The notes below the pieces were generated by a model. That model had not been told where the DNA came from and made no database searches. It saw only the letters and a list, made by a program, of their open reading frames with translations. 64,000 nucleotides of DNA, from contig CAWKHF010000012.1 in NCBI GenBank assembly GCA_963849325.1, forward strand, positions 128,001 to 192,000, in the 5' to 3' direction. Below are positions 32,922 to 42,964 of this stretch, piece by piece. The position numbers and the translations under genes were made by a program. Each line of letters opens with the position of its first letter. The first letter of the stretch is position 1. The stretch is from an uncultured Planctomycetota bacterium. GTDB lineage: Bacteria > Planctomycetota > Planctomycetia > Gemmatales > Gemmataceae.

Positions 32922-33287
32922 TCAGAGCAGTGCGCGCACGTCGTCGTCGGTCAGGGGGCTGAGAAGAGTACAGCCGATCAACCAACCGCCCTCCGGCCAC
33001 GCCGTGGCGTGAGCGACTCGTCCCAGCAGCAGGCGTTTGCGGCCGCCGGTATTCTCGGTTATCTCGATCGTCAACAGAGCGCCCGGCTCGAAGCGGCGGG
33101 CGAGCAGTAGGCCGATGCCGTCCGGGCAGATGTCGCGGACGGTCGCTTGCCACGAGGTCTCGCGCCGCACCGAGAGGGTCTGACAGCAACCTTGGACACC
33201 GGAGAGATGGCGAAACGAAGACCGTCTGTCCGCGCCGGGGTCCGCCGGCGCACACTGCCCCACGATCGCCGTAGTTCGTTGCGACAC
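32922..33287 (-). CDS. Stand-alone PilZ domain protein
   Basis: DRRSSFR (RxxxR), VRDICPDGIGL (D/NxSxxG-like) and WLIGC. Confidence 0.8.
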   Translation of the reverse strand: MSQRTTAIVGQCAPADPGADRRSSFRHLSGVQGCCQTLSVRRETSWQATVRDICPDGIGLLLARRFEPGALLTIEITENTGGRKRLLLGRVAHATAWPEGGWLIGCTLLSPLTDDDVRALL

Positions 33288-33609
33288 GATCGCCTCACTC
33301 TCGGTATGGAGGGGGGAAGTTACCCAAGCATAGGGTATCGATCCGTTCGTGTCAAAAAGCCGTTTGCCGTTCTCGTCCCGCGGAACTTCGGCCGGACCTA
33401 CTTTGTTGTTGCAGTGACGGCTCGGCGGTCGTACACTCGCCGATAGAAGCACGTCGATCCCGGTCGTCCGCCGACTCGCGGAGGCTAGAGGGTCTATCCG
33501 GTAACGTTGTCCCGAGATCCCACGCTGTCGTGGCGCCTGCTCGATCTATCGAGCCGGTCCGCACAGAAAGGGTCTCTGGGTGTCCGCTTTCTCTTCAATG
33601 GAGGCTCGC

Positions 33610-34215
33610 ATGTACACCGCGTTGTTTCGCTCGCACGGCACCGTTCATCATCGCATTGACATCGTCGCGCTGGCTCTGCGACTGAGCTTGGCCGTGATTT
33701 TCCTGTATCATGGCCTGGACAAGATTACCAGCGACGTGGGCGGCGGCGCCTGGGCGTCGCGCATGTATGACAGTGCAGGAACCATTCAAGTCCCCGGAAC
33801 CCTGACCTACTCCGCCATTCAGTTCGCCGTGGCCTGGGGAGAAATCCTGTGCGGCCTCGCCATGCTGGCGGGCCTGCTCACGCGGGTGGCGGCCCTGGGG
33901 TTGATCGTCATCCAGATCGGGGCCATTTGCCTCGTCACCTACCCGCGCGGTTTTCGCTTCGCCCAGGGCGGAGGCTACGAGTACAACCTGGCGCTGCTGG
34001 CCATGTGCCTGTCGCTACTGATCCTGGGCGCCGGCGTCTGGTCGGTGGACTGGCTGTTAGTCTACGAACACATGAAGGCGGCGGGCCATCCCGCCGCGGC
34101 CTCTCCGACCCTGGTCGGCCCGCACACGATGCCCGCCCAGTCGGCGGAAGCTATCGTCAGTGCTCAGGGGGCTAACGCCCCCCGCTCGGAGATCGCGCCG
34201 CCGCGGACTATGTGA
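33610..34215 (+). CDS. DoxX family membrane protein
   Basis: LRLSLAVIFLYHGLDK, GLLTRVAA, GGYEYNL and GAGVWSVD. Confidence 0.9.
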   Translation: MYTALFRSHGTVHHRIDIVALALRLSLAVIFLYHGLDKITSDVGGGAWASRMYDSAGTIQVPGTLTYSAIQFAVAWGEILCGLAMLAGLLTRVAALGLIVIQIGAICLVTYPRGFRFAQGGGYEYNLALLAMCLSLLILGAGVWSVDWLLVYEHMKAAGHPAAASPTLVGPHTMPAQSAEAIVSAQGANAPRSEIAPPRTM

Positions 34216-35705
34216 GGGCGGCGCCGCGCCTCGACCGCAACGCGCGAAAGCGCTCGTAGGGCGCCTGCCAGTCGCCGGGTCGCAGCGGCGCGAAGGTGCG
34301 CACCTCGAAGGAACGCCGCACGATCTCGCGGGCGTCGGCCAACGAGCCGAGGACGCCCAGCCCCAGCGACTGCACCAGCACGTTGCCGATCGCCGTCGCC
34401 TCGACCGGCCCGGCCAGCACCGGCCGGTCGCAGGCGTCGGCGGTGAACTGGTTCAACAGGGCGTTTTGACTGCCGCCGCCAACGACATGGATGACCTCGG
34501 CCCGCCGGCCCGTCAACGCCTCCAACCGTTCCAGTACCCAGCGATAGCACAGCGCCAAACTTTCCAGGGCGCAGCGCACCGCGCCGCCGACGCCGTCCGG
34601 CGCCGGTTGCCCGCTGCGCCGGCAGAAGTCGGCCAGCGCCGCCGGCATGTTCGCCGGCAGGATGAAAGACGGATCGTCCGGGTCAACTAGGCTGACGAAC
34701 GGCGTCGCCGCCTCGGCCCGACGGGTCAACTCGTCGTAGTCGTAGGACGTGCCGGCGCGCACCCAGGCGCGCCGGCACTCCTGCACCAGCCACAGGCCCA
34801 TGATGTTCTTGAGCAAGCGCGTGGTGCCGCCGACGCCACCCTCGTTGGTGAAGTTGGCCTCCAGGGCCGCGTCGCTGACAAGCGGTTGACTCAGCTCAAC
34901 GCCCATCAGCGACCAGGTACCGGAACTGATGTAGGCCCACGAGGCGGCCGACGCCGGCACGGCGGCGATGGCCGCGGCGGTGTCGTGCGACGCCGGCGCG
35001 ATCACCGGCGCCGGGTTGATGCCCGTCTCACTGGCAATCGACGCCCGCAGCGGGCCGAGCACGGTGCCTGGCGGAACCAGGGTGCCGAGCACCTGCGACG
35101 GCAGGCCGAACGCCCGGACCAACTCGTAGGCCCAGCCGCGCGTTTGCGGATCGAGCATCTGGCTGGTGCTGGCGTCCGTGTATTCGTTGACCTTGATGCC
35201 GGTGAAGAAATAGTGGAACAGGTCCGGCATGAACAGCAGCGTCTCGGCCATTTCCAGCAGGGGCGAGCGATCGCGCTGCAGCGCCAGCAGTTGAAACAGC
35301 GTATTGAAGCGCATGAACTGAATGCCGGTCTGCCGAAAGATGTCCCGGCGCGGCACACGGGCGAACGCCGATTCCATGACGTCCTCGGTGTGCGGATCGC
35401 GGTAGTGGCGCGGATTGCCCAGCAGCGTGCCGCCGCGGCCGAGCAGGGCGAAATCGACGCCCCAGGTGTCCACCCCCAGGCCGTCGAGCGGGCCATGCCG
35501 CGGCCGCGCACAGCCGCAGCGTTTGCAGCATCTCGCCGTACAGCCGCAGTACGTCCCAGTGCAAGGTGTCGAGCGTGCGCACCGCTCCGTTGGCAAAGCG
35601 ATGGATCACTTCCAGGCTCAGACGCGAACCGTCGAACGAACCGAGGATGCCCCGGCCGCTCTCGGCGCCGAGATCGAAGGCGAGAAATTGCTTGGCGGAG
35701 GACAT
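34208..35705 (-). CDS. rhaB: Rhamnulokinase (FGGY family; frameshifted)
   Basis: LAFDLGAESGR, GVDTWGVDF, HYRD, HDTAAA, ISSGTWSLMG, NFTNEGG and VEATAIGN. Confidence 0.9.
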
Positions 35706-35832
35706 GACGGCGACCCCTGAATCCGCAACGACGCTGACGAATCCCTGTCGCCCTTATTAGGGAGGAACCTGGCAGATCGCAAGGGGTGGCGAGAGGCCGC
35801 CCTGTCGCCGTGGACGGTCTCGCCCCAATGGA

Positions 35833-37998
35833 TCACCCGGCCATCGCCTGAAGTCCGCGACTGTAGCCCAGCCAAAAGGCGACCTCACCCACGGGCGTCC
35901 CGTTCAACGGATTGAGGTTGATGAGCTCCAGAACCCCGTCCAATCCCGAGGATGCAGCCAGATAATTCACTCCCAGGAGATTGTTGATCGCGGTCACTTG
36001 CTGGTCCATGAAAGGGGCAAGACTCGGGTTACGACCGTACATCAACAGCACGGAGTCTACTCCCAGCACGAACGAATCCTCGAACAGGAAGAGGAACTGC
36101 ACATTCGTCGGCAGCAAGAGGTACGGCGACGGTACGGGTGTCGGCGTGGGTGTCGGCGTGGGCGTTGGTGTAGGCGTCGGCGTCGGCGTGGGGTTACTCC
36201 ATGGTATCAGGGTAATCGTCGCCGTCGCCGGAGTGGACATCTGGACGTTGGTGGAATCGCCGCCCTGGTCGTCGTAAGGAAACCCATACGCGAAACCGCC
36301 AACCGTGATGCCGGAGTTGGGATTGATGGTGCTGTTTTGGTGGAGAAAGGCCGCGTAGTAGTTGGACGTGCTGCCGGTTGCGTAGTAAACGGGGGGCGTT
36401 GCGGTCGGGGTTACCGCGGCCAAGCCGGTGTCGGTGAAAGTGATGAGCGGGTTGTTGTTGGGGCTGCCGTCGGTGTTGGTAACATTGCTGGCGATGAGCA
36501 CTTCCTGGCCCGAACTGGTGCCTCGGTAGACATTGTAAGAGATCACGCCTAATGGACCATTATTACCTTGCAAGGGACCGTTGGCCGCCGTCCAGTTCAA
36601 GGTGACGCTCGGGGTGGGGCCGGTGGGCGTGGCGGTCGCCTCAGAACTGGCCACGGTCTCGCCGGCGCCGTTCACGGCCGTAATGACGTAGTAGTAAGGA
36701 GTGCCGCTGACGAGATTGTCGCTGCTCGGGGAACCGGAATTGCCGGGCAACGCCGTCAGGTTCAACGGAGCATTGGCCCAATCGTTAGGCGCCAGGCTCG
36801 TCGCGATGCCGCGATTGAAAGCGGAACTGATCGCGTTTTCAACGTCCGACAGGTAGCCGGCGTTCGGCGCGGACGGATCCTGTCCGCCGCTATTGAACAC
36901 TCCGTCCTGGCTGAAGACCATTTCTCCCGGAGATTCCGTAGTATTTACCAACCACTTCGGAGGGAGCGTCGTTCCAATGGAAGAATTGGTGGAAAAGAAC
37001 GGCTCGTAGATGTCGAAATATTGCCCGGGATAGGTGGAGTTGCTCAAACGGAGCACCGTGTAGGAGGTATTTACGTTGTTGGTATTGAGATCGGTAATGA
37101 CCGTGGTGTTGCCGGTGAACACGCCGTCGGTGCCGTAATCCAGGGTGAACGAGTTGGCCGTGGTGTACTTAGCGAAGAAGGCTGTAAGCTGCGAATTGAA
37201 GTAACTATTCAAGGGGTCGGCACTCGGCGCTGAAATGAGATAATCCTTCGGAGACAAGATACGTAAATCGCCGGACTGATAGAGATTTTGAAAATCAGCG
37301 GCATTAGAGGTGTTGGCCGCATACTGGGTGAACAGGGTTTGCAAGGTTGTGAGGTTCGGTGTGATCCCCCTTTGGTCCGTAACGATGGAATTGGAAGTGG
37401 TAACCGTATACGGCAAGCCGACCTGATCGACCTCCGAAAGATCGGTGTCCAGTCCGGCGGAGTTGTAGGAAAATTCGGCGAAATCGTAAACATTGTTGGG
37501 GGAAGTCCCCGGCGTCGGCACGGCAATGGTTACCGGCGTGCCCGAGCTGGCAACTATGTTAAAGGGCTGCGCCGAGGAGCCGACGCCCATTACGATGTCG
37601 CCGGTAACAACAGACGTGTTCGGGAGAGGGACACTGAAGGTGTCCGCGGTGTCGCCACTAACCGTTTGGAAGGAAGGCACATTCAACGACGCGGTGGGCA
37701 CCGCCCAATCGTAAACGCCGCCCGTGTCCTTTAGATAGACAACCGTGCCAGCGGGGATGAACGTACCCTTGTCAGGTCCGCTTGAGGGGGTATAGCCCGA
37801 TCCAGAGGGGTCCAACGCCCCAAACATGTAAAAATTGATGGTTTGCCACGTATTTCCCACGCCCGAGGGAATCGCAAAGTCAAAGGTGGCCGTACCACTC
37901 AACAGGTTGCGGTCCTCAAGACACTCCAACATCGGGCGAATCGAACAACGCGCCAGGCTGCCCACACGACGGACACGCTCGCGGAAGAATGAAGTCAT
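35833..37998 (-). CDS. LEPR-XLL extracellular protein with GH64-like beta-1,3-glucanase domain, FN3-like insert, PT linker and hydrophobic C-terminal module
   Basis: PMLECLEDRNLLS; YDFAEFSY...SEVDQVGLP; LRILSP; AFNRG; NYYAAFLH; AYGFPYDDQ; (PT)n linker. Confidence 0.8.
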   Translation of the reverse strand: MTSFFRERVRRVGSLARCSIRPMLECLEDRNLLSGTATFDFAIPSGVGNTWQTINFYMFGALDPSGSGYTPSSGPDKGTFIPAGTVVYLKDTGGVYDWAVPTASLNVPSFQTVSGDTADTFSVPLPNTSVVTGDIVMGVGSSAQPFNIVASSGTPVTIAVPTPGTSPNNVYDFAEFSYNSAGLDTDLSEVDQVGLPYTVTTSNSIVTDQRGITPNLTTLQTLFTQYAANTSNAADFQNLYQSGDLRILSPKDYLISAPSADPLNSYFNSQLTAFFAKYTTANSFTLDYGTDGVFTGNTTVITDLNTNNVNTSYTVLRLSNSTYPGQYFDIYEPFFSTNSSIGTTLPPKWLVNTTESPGEMVFSQDGVFNSGGQDPSAPNAGYLSDVENAISSAFNRGIATSLAPNDWANAPLNLTALPGNSGSPSSDNLVSGTPYYYVITAVNGAGETVASSEATATPTGPTPSVTLNWTAANGPLQGNNGPLGVISYNVYRGTSSGQEVLIASNVTNTDGSPNNNPLITFTDTGLAAVTPTATPPVYYATGSTSNYYAAFLHQNSTINPNSGITVGGFAYGFPYDDQGGDSTNVQMSTPATATITLIPWSNPTPTPTPTPTPTPTPTPTPVPSPYLLLPTNVQFLFLFEDSFVLGVDSVLLMYGRNPSLAPFMDQQVTAINNLLGVNYLAASSGLDGVLELINLNPLNGTPVGEVAFWLGYSRGLQAMAG

Positions 37999-38603
37999 AC
38001 CAGGCTTCCTCAAAGGATCCAGAGAGGCGACATGAGGACGGCCACGTTTCCGACTCTCTGTCAACTTCGGAAAACAACGACGTTTCAATTTTGCTTAATA
38101 TCCAACCGGCACGGCTGGACAATGTCGGTAAAATGGACAAAATATCCGACCCAGGGGCGGTATTGTTTGCCTCTCCGCTGTACGCGATGTGTTCCGCGCT
38201 GTCGCTGCCCTCGCTACAACTGCATCCGTCCGGCTCAATAACCGCCTGGAATCGCCAGGGAGAAAAGGGGTTGTCTCTCTCCCGGAGTTACGGCGTGGTG
38301 GATCTCGTTCTTCGACCCAACCTACCACCTCCGACCAACCGCAAGCACACTTTCCCTTTGGCGGGGAGCTATTGGAGCGCATGTGGGCTCCCCTTGTCGG
38401 AGGGAAAGACGGAGGCATGAAGACAGCCTCCCTCCCGTTGAGGCAAGTCAATTCTCGTGGATCTTGCCTCTTCTATCTCCACTATCTACTACGCAGGCTG
38501 TGACAGTGGTTCCCCTCGGGGCCGGCGTCCGTTACAATCTCGGTTTGCGGAGCCGGCATTCACGCTCGTGGGGGTTCGACCTGGAGCGAAAGGTGGTAGG
38601 CCG

Positions 38604-39003
38604 ATGGGACAGGGTAATGCCGACGGACACCTGAGCCAGATCAGCACGAACTGGTCGGACATCTTGCAGGCACACACGGGGCCGGAGGAGATGTCACGGG
38701 AGGCCCGCAAGGCCTTGCTGGACCGTTACTGGAGGGCCGTGCCTCGCTACCTGCTTGGCGCCGTGCGCGATGCCGACGTGGCCGAGAACCTGGCGCAGGA
38801 GTTCGCCCTGCGTTTCCTGCGCGGCGACTTCCGCAACGCTCGTCCCGAGCGCGGCAGCTTCCGGCACTACCTCAAGACGGCCCTCCTCCATCTGGTCCAC
38901 GACCACTTCCATGCTCAGGCGCGTCAGCCGCGATTGTTGGGCGCCGGTGCCGACCAACTGCCGGCACCGGATTTGTGCGCGGAGGACGAACAGGTGTTCC
39001 TCC
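38604..39003 (+). pseudogene. ECF-type sigma factor, N-terminal half only (region 4 missing)
   Basis: ISTNWS, LLDRYWRAVPRYL, AENLAQEF and RGSFRHYLKTAL. Similarity stops at EDEQVFL, where the frame becomes the antisense of the next gene. Confidence 0.75.
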
Positions 39004-39391
39004 CGGCGTACGGCAAGTTGGCGGTGATGTCGGCCTGCAACGCAGCCGGCGTATCCAAATGTCGGAATTCATCGAGTTCGATATCGAGAGTCTCCAGCCC
39101 TTGCGCCACGGGATCGGTGGCGCCGGGGAGAACATCGGGATTGTGGGCTTGGGCCTGGAATTGGAAAATCGCCACATTCACCGCGACATTCGTCGCCGCC
39201 AGTGCCCCATCGAGGTACAGCGACGTTACCGCCTGGAACAGGCTAGGCGGCGGCGGGGAAGGAGACGGGTCGCCTCCCGTGGTGGAGGGTGTAATACGGT
39301 CCTCCAGCGCTTCCAGCCGCGGCCGCGCCGTGGCGGAGCGAGGACCAGGTGAGCGATGACGGACCTGAGGCAGCAAGGAGGAGAAGTCCAT
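38924..39391 (-). CDS. Small LEPR-XLL protein, probably truncated near 39003
   Basis: GGAGG RBS; RPRLEALEDRITPS; PSPSPPPPSLFQAVTSLYLDGA...ITANLPYAG. The remaining codons are the antisense of the sigma fragment. Confidence 0.72.
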   Translation of the reverse strand: MDFSSLLPQVRHRSPGPRSATARPRLEALEDRITPSTTGGDPSPSPPPPSLFQAVTSLYLDGALAATNVAVNVAIFQFQAQAHNPDVLPGATDPVAQGLETLDIELDEFRHLDTPAALQADITANLPYAGRNTCSSSAHKSGAGSWSAPAPNNRG

Positions 39392-39499
39392 GGGAGAAGC
39401 CTCCGGGCGAGAGTAAGGGCGATGGAGTGACAAGAGTCGTCGATTACGGATCGTGTTCCTCCGCTCGTTTGTTTCCGCGTACCGGGAGAGGTTGAATGA

Positions 39500-39528
39500 A
39501 TTGTTAAGGCTCCCGCCAGGGCTGTCAA
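39500..39528 (-). promoter_or_regulatory. Possible sigma-70 promoter for the small LEPR-XLL gene
   Basis: Minus-strand TTGACA (39528-39523) with TAACAAT 16-17 bp downstream. Confidence 0.45.
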
Positions 39529-39626
39529 ACAGAAAAACAAGGGCTGTCATCGGCGAGCGGTCGGCGGAATCCGACAATGGTGTATGATGAATCCAGAGAC
39601 CATGAGCACGACAAGGGGAGACAGGC

Positions 39627-40609
39627 ATGTCCCGTCAATTCGTACAGCAGATGACCGACGGCGACGCCATCGAGGAAGTGTACCTGGTCGTGGACAAGCA
39701 GGTCCGGGCCAATCGCAACGGCAACCTCTATCTCCAGCTGGAACTGCGCGACCGTACCGGCTCGATCAGCGCCCGCCTGTGGAACGCCGCCGAGCCGGTC
39801 GTTGGCTCGTTCGAGGCCGGCGATTTCCTGGTGGTCAAGGGCAAGGTGCAGCTATTCCAGGGCGCCTTGCAGATGATCCTCAGCCACCTCGACCGCGTCG
39901 AAACCGAGAAGGTCGAGTTGGCCGACTTCCTGCCGCACACCGAGCAGGACGTCGGCAAGCTCTACGAGCGCTTGTGCGTGCTGCTGCGTCAGATGGACAA
40001 TCCGCACTTGCGCGCCTGGCCGAATGTTTCCTCATGGACCACGAGTTCGTCCAGGGCTTTTGCAAGGCGCCGGCCGGCGTGCGCAACCATCACGCTTACC
40101 TCGGCGGTCTGCTGGAGCACGTCGTCGCCCTGATGGAATCCGCCGACCGCATTGCCCCCCTGTACGCCGAGCTGAACCCCGACCTGCTGCTGATGGGCGT
40201 TTTCCTGCACGACATCGGCAAGGTCCGCGAACTCAGCTACGACCGCGCCTTCAGCTACAGCGACGAAGGTCAACTGGTCGGCCACATCGTCATCGGCGTC
40301 GGCATGCTCGACGAGCAGGTGCGGCGCGTACCGGACCTGACGGGTGAGCCGTTCCCGGCCGAGTTGCTGCTGCGGCTGAAGCACCTGATCGTCAGCCATC
40401 ACGGCGCGCTGGAGTTCGGCAGTCCAACGCTGCCGATGACGCCGGAAGCCATTGCCCTGCATTACCTGGACAACCTCGACGCCAAGGTCCACAGCTTCAC
40501 GCGCGACATCCGCGACGATCGCGGCCCGTCGTCGTGGACGCCGTACAGCCAAGCCACGCAGCGCCGGCTGTTCAAGGGCAGCCTGAAAGATGACAAGGTG
40601 ACAGGGTGA
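39627..40609 (+). CDS. yhaM: OB-fold + HD-domain 3'-5' exoribonuclease (YhaM/Cbf1-like; one frameshift)
   Basis: LRDRTGSISARLW, HHAYLGGLLEH, LHDIGK, GQLVGHI, SHHG and LHYLDNLDAK. Confidence 0.88.
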
Positions 40610-40668
40610 CAAGGTGACAAGGTGACAAGGTGAACCGAATTGTCTTTGTCACCTTGTCACCTTGTCAC
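40591..40668. repeat. TGACAAGG tandem array plus inverted copies
   Basis: Five direct 8-mers (one variant), a short spacer, then TCACCTTGTCACCTTGTCAC. Contains the yhaM stop. Confidence 0.88.
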
Positions 40669-40694
40669 GGTAGGCAGGCAGGCAGGAGCGTGTG

Positions 40695-42878
40695 ATGCCC
40701 AGTTTGGAAGATCAGATCCTGGCGGCGGTCTCGCGCCGCAACTATCAGCCGCTCAAACCCAAAGCCCTGGCCCGTAAGATCGGCGTGACCACGCCGCAGT
40801 ACGCCGACTTTCGCCGTGCCCTGCGCGGTCTGCACCGCGATGGCCGCATCGAAATGGGCAAGAACCACACCGTCAAGCCGGCGCCGCCGCACGGCACCGT
40901 TACCGGCACCTATCGCCGCACCAGCAGCGGCGTCGGCTACGTTCGGCCGCACCCGATCGAGGGCCAGTCCGGCGCCGAGGTTCGCATCTCCGAGGGCCAC
41001 GCCCTCGACGCCGCCACCGGCGACAGTGTACTCGTTCGCCTGACGCGCAAACCGAATCGCCCGGACGTCCTCGCCTCCGGTCAGGTGCTCCGCGTCCTCG
41101 AACGGGCCACGCGCCAGTTCGTCGGCACCTATTTCGAGCGCGACGGCCAGGGGTTGGTGCGCGTCGATGGCACGGTTTTCAGCCACAGCATCTACGTCGG
41201 CGATCCGGGGGCCAAGGGAGCGCGGCCCGATGACAAGGTCGTCTTCGAGATGCTGCGTTTTCCGACGCCAGAGGACCGCGGCGAGGGCGTACTCACGGAG
41301 GTTCTCGGTCCACGTGGCCAACCTGGCGTCGATACGCTGTCGATCATCCGCGCCTTCGGTCTGCCCGACGTGTTCCCCGAGGACGCCGTGCAGGAGGCCC
41401 GCGACGCGGCCGCCGCCTTCGACGAGGATGAGTTGGACGGCCGTGAGGACTTCACCGGCGACCTCGTCGTCACCATCGACCCCGTCGACGCCCGCGACTT
41501 CGACGACGCGGTGTCGCTGGTGCGCGACGCGGAGGGCGGCCACTGGCGCTTGACCGTCCACATCGCCGACGTCAACCACTTCGCCCCGCCCGGCGGCGCC
41601 CTCGACCGCGAGGCCCGCCGCCGCGCCACCAGCGTCTATCTGCCGCAGCGCGTGCTGCCGATGTTCCCGGAGATCATCTCCAACAGCCTCGCCAGCTTGC
41701 AGCAGGACCGGCTGCGCTACGTCAAGAGCGTCGTCCTCGACTTCACGCCGGAAGGGCAGAAGACCGGCGTGCGCTTCGCCAACGGCGCGATCCGCGTCCG
41801 TCGCCGCTTCACCTACGAGCAGGTATTCGATCTGCTCGAACCGGCGAGCGGGGGGCGTCAGCCCCCTGTTACGCGACAACAGGGGGCTGACGCCCCCCGC
41901 TCGCCAGGTGAAGAAATCGCGCCGGAGCTTTACGACCTGCTGCTGCGCATGCGCGATCTGGCCCTGGTCCTGCGCAAGCGCCGCCTTCGCCGCGGAGCGC
42001 TGGAATTGAACATGCCGGAGGCGGAGCTGGAATACGACGAGCAGGGCCGCGTAATGGGCGCCCACTTCCGCAAGCACGACATCAGCCACCAGATCATTGA
42101 GGAATTCATGCTGGCGGCCAACGAGGCTGTCGCCGAGCACTTCGCCGAACTCGACGTGCCCTTCTTGCGCCGCGTCCACCCCGACCCCGATCCGAACAAG
42201 CTGTCCGCCTTCGCCGACTTCGCTCGCAGTCTCGGCTACAAGATGCCGACCGACTTCGACCGCTTCGCCTTGCAGCGCATCCTGGAAAAGTCGGCGAAGC
42301 GCCCGAGGTCTACGCCGTCCATTACGCCCTCTTACGATCTCTCAAGCAGGCCGTGTACAGCCCGGAAGAGGACGGTCATTACGCCCTGGCCAGCGACAAC
42401 TACTGCCATTTCACTTCACCCATCCGCCGTTATCCCGATCTGACCGTCCATCGTCTGCTGGACCAGTGGCTGCGCCGCCGGCCGCTGCGGCAGCAACGCG
42501 ACCGAACTGATCGCGCTGGGCGATCATTGCAGCAAGATGGAACGCCGGGCCGAGATGGCCGAGCGCGAACTGGTCAAGCTGAAACTGCTGACGTACCTGA
42601 GCGAACGGCTGGGTCTGGAGCTGGAGGCGATCATCACGGGCGTGGCGGATTACGGCTTCTTCGCCCAGGCCGAGCAGTGGCCCGTCGAGGGGTTGGTCCA
42701 CGTCAGCACACTGACCGACGATTATTACTACTTCGAGGAGTCGGCCCACAGCCTGATCGGCCGCCGCACCAAGCGACGCTTCCGCCTGGGCGACAAGGTC
42801 CACGTCAGCGTGGTGCGTGTCGATGTGCCGCGGCGGCAGATGGATTTCCGCGTCGTCCAGCCGAGGGAAAAAGGCTGA
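40695..42878 (+). CDS. rnr: Ribonuclease R (frameshifted near the 3' end)
   Basis: [54 protein letters not shown] and a C-terminal S1 domain. Confidence 0.95.
41843..41905. repeat. Palindrome family C inserted in-frame within rnr
   Basis: 28-bp perfect stem GGCGAGCGGGGGGCGTCAGCCCCCTGTT with a 7-nt loop, 63 nt in total. Same family at 49614-49679. Confidence 0.9.
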
Positions 42879-42964
42879 TAAATGCGCCAAATGCTCCTTG
42901 CACGGGAGAAGACACCACCGTAATATGAAGTTTCCGTTAAGATTCCGTGTGCGATGGAGTATCG

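Noticed and set aside
36128-36195. Short tandem DNA repeat
   Set aside because: Simply encodes the (PT)n linker of the GH64-like protein.
38088-38600. tRNA, riboswitch or small genes in this long intergenic region
   Set aside because: No cloverleaf or known aptamer was recognised, and the short ORFs lack motifs and convincing RBSs.
35833-39560. AT-richer block as a prophage or integrative element
   Set aside because: No integrase, att repeat, tRNA or phage gene was seen. Part of the skew follows from the Asn/Thr/Ser-rich protein.
40591-40668. Tandem repeats as a CRISPR array or iterons
   Set aside because: Units are 8 bp with no spacers, and there is no cas or rep gene. The same applies to the units at 21114, 22675 and 48419.
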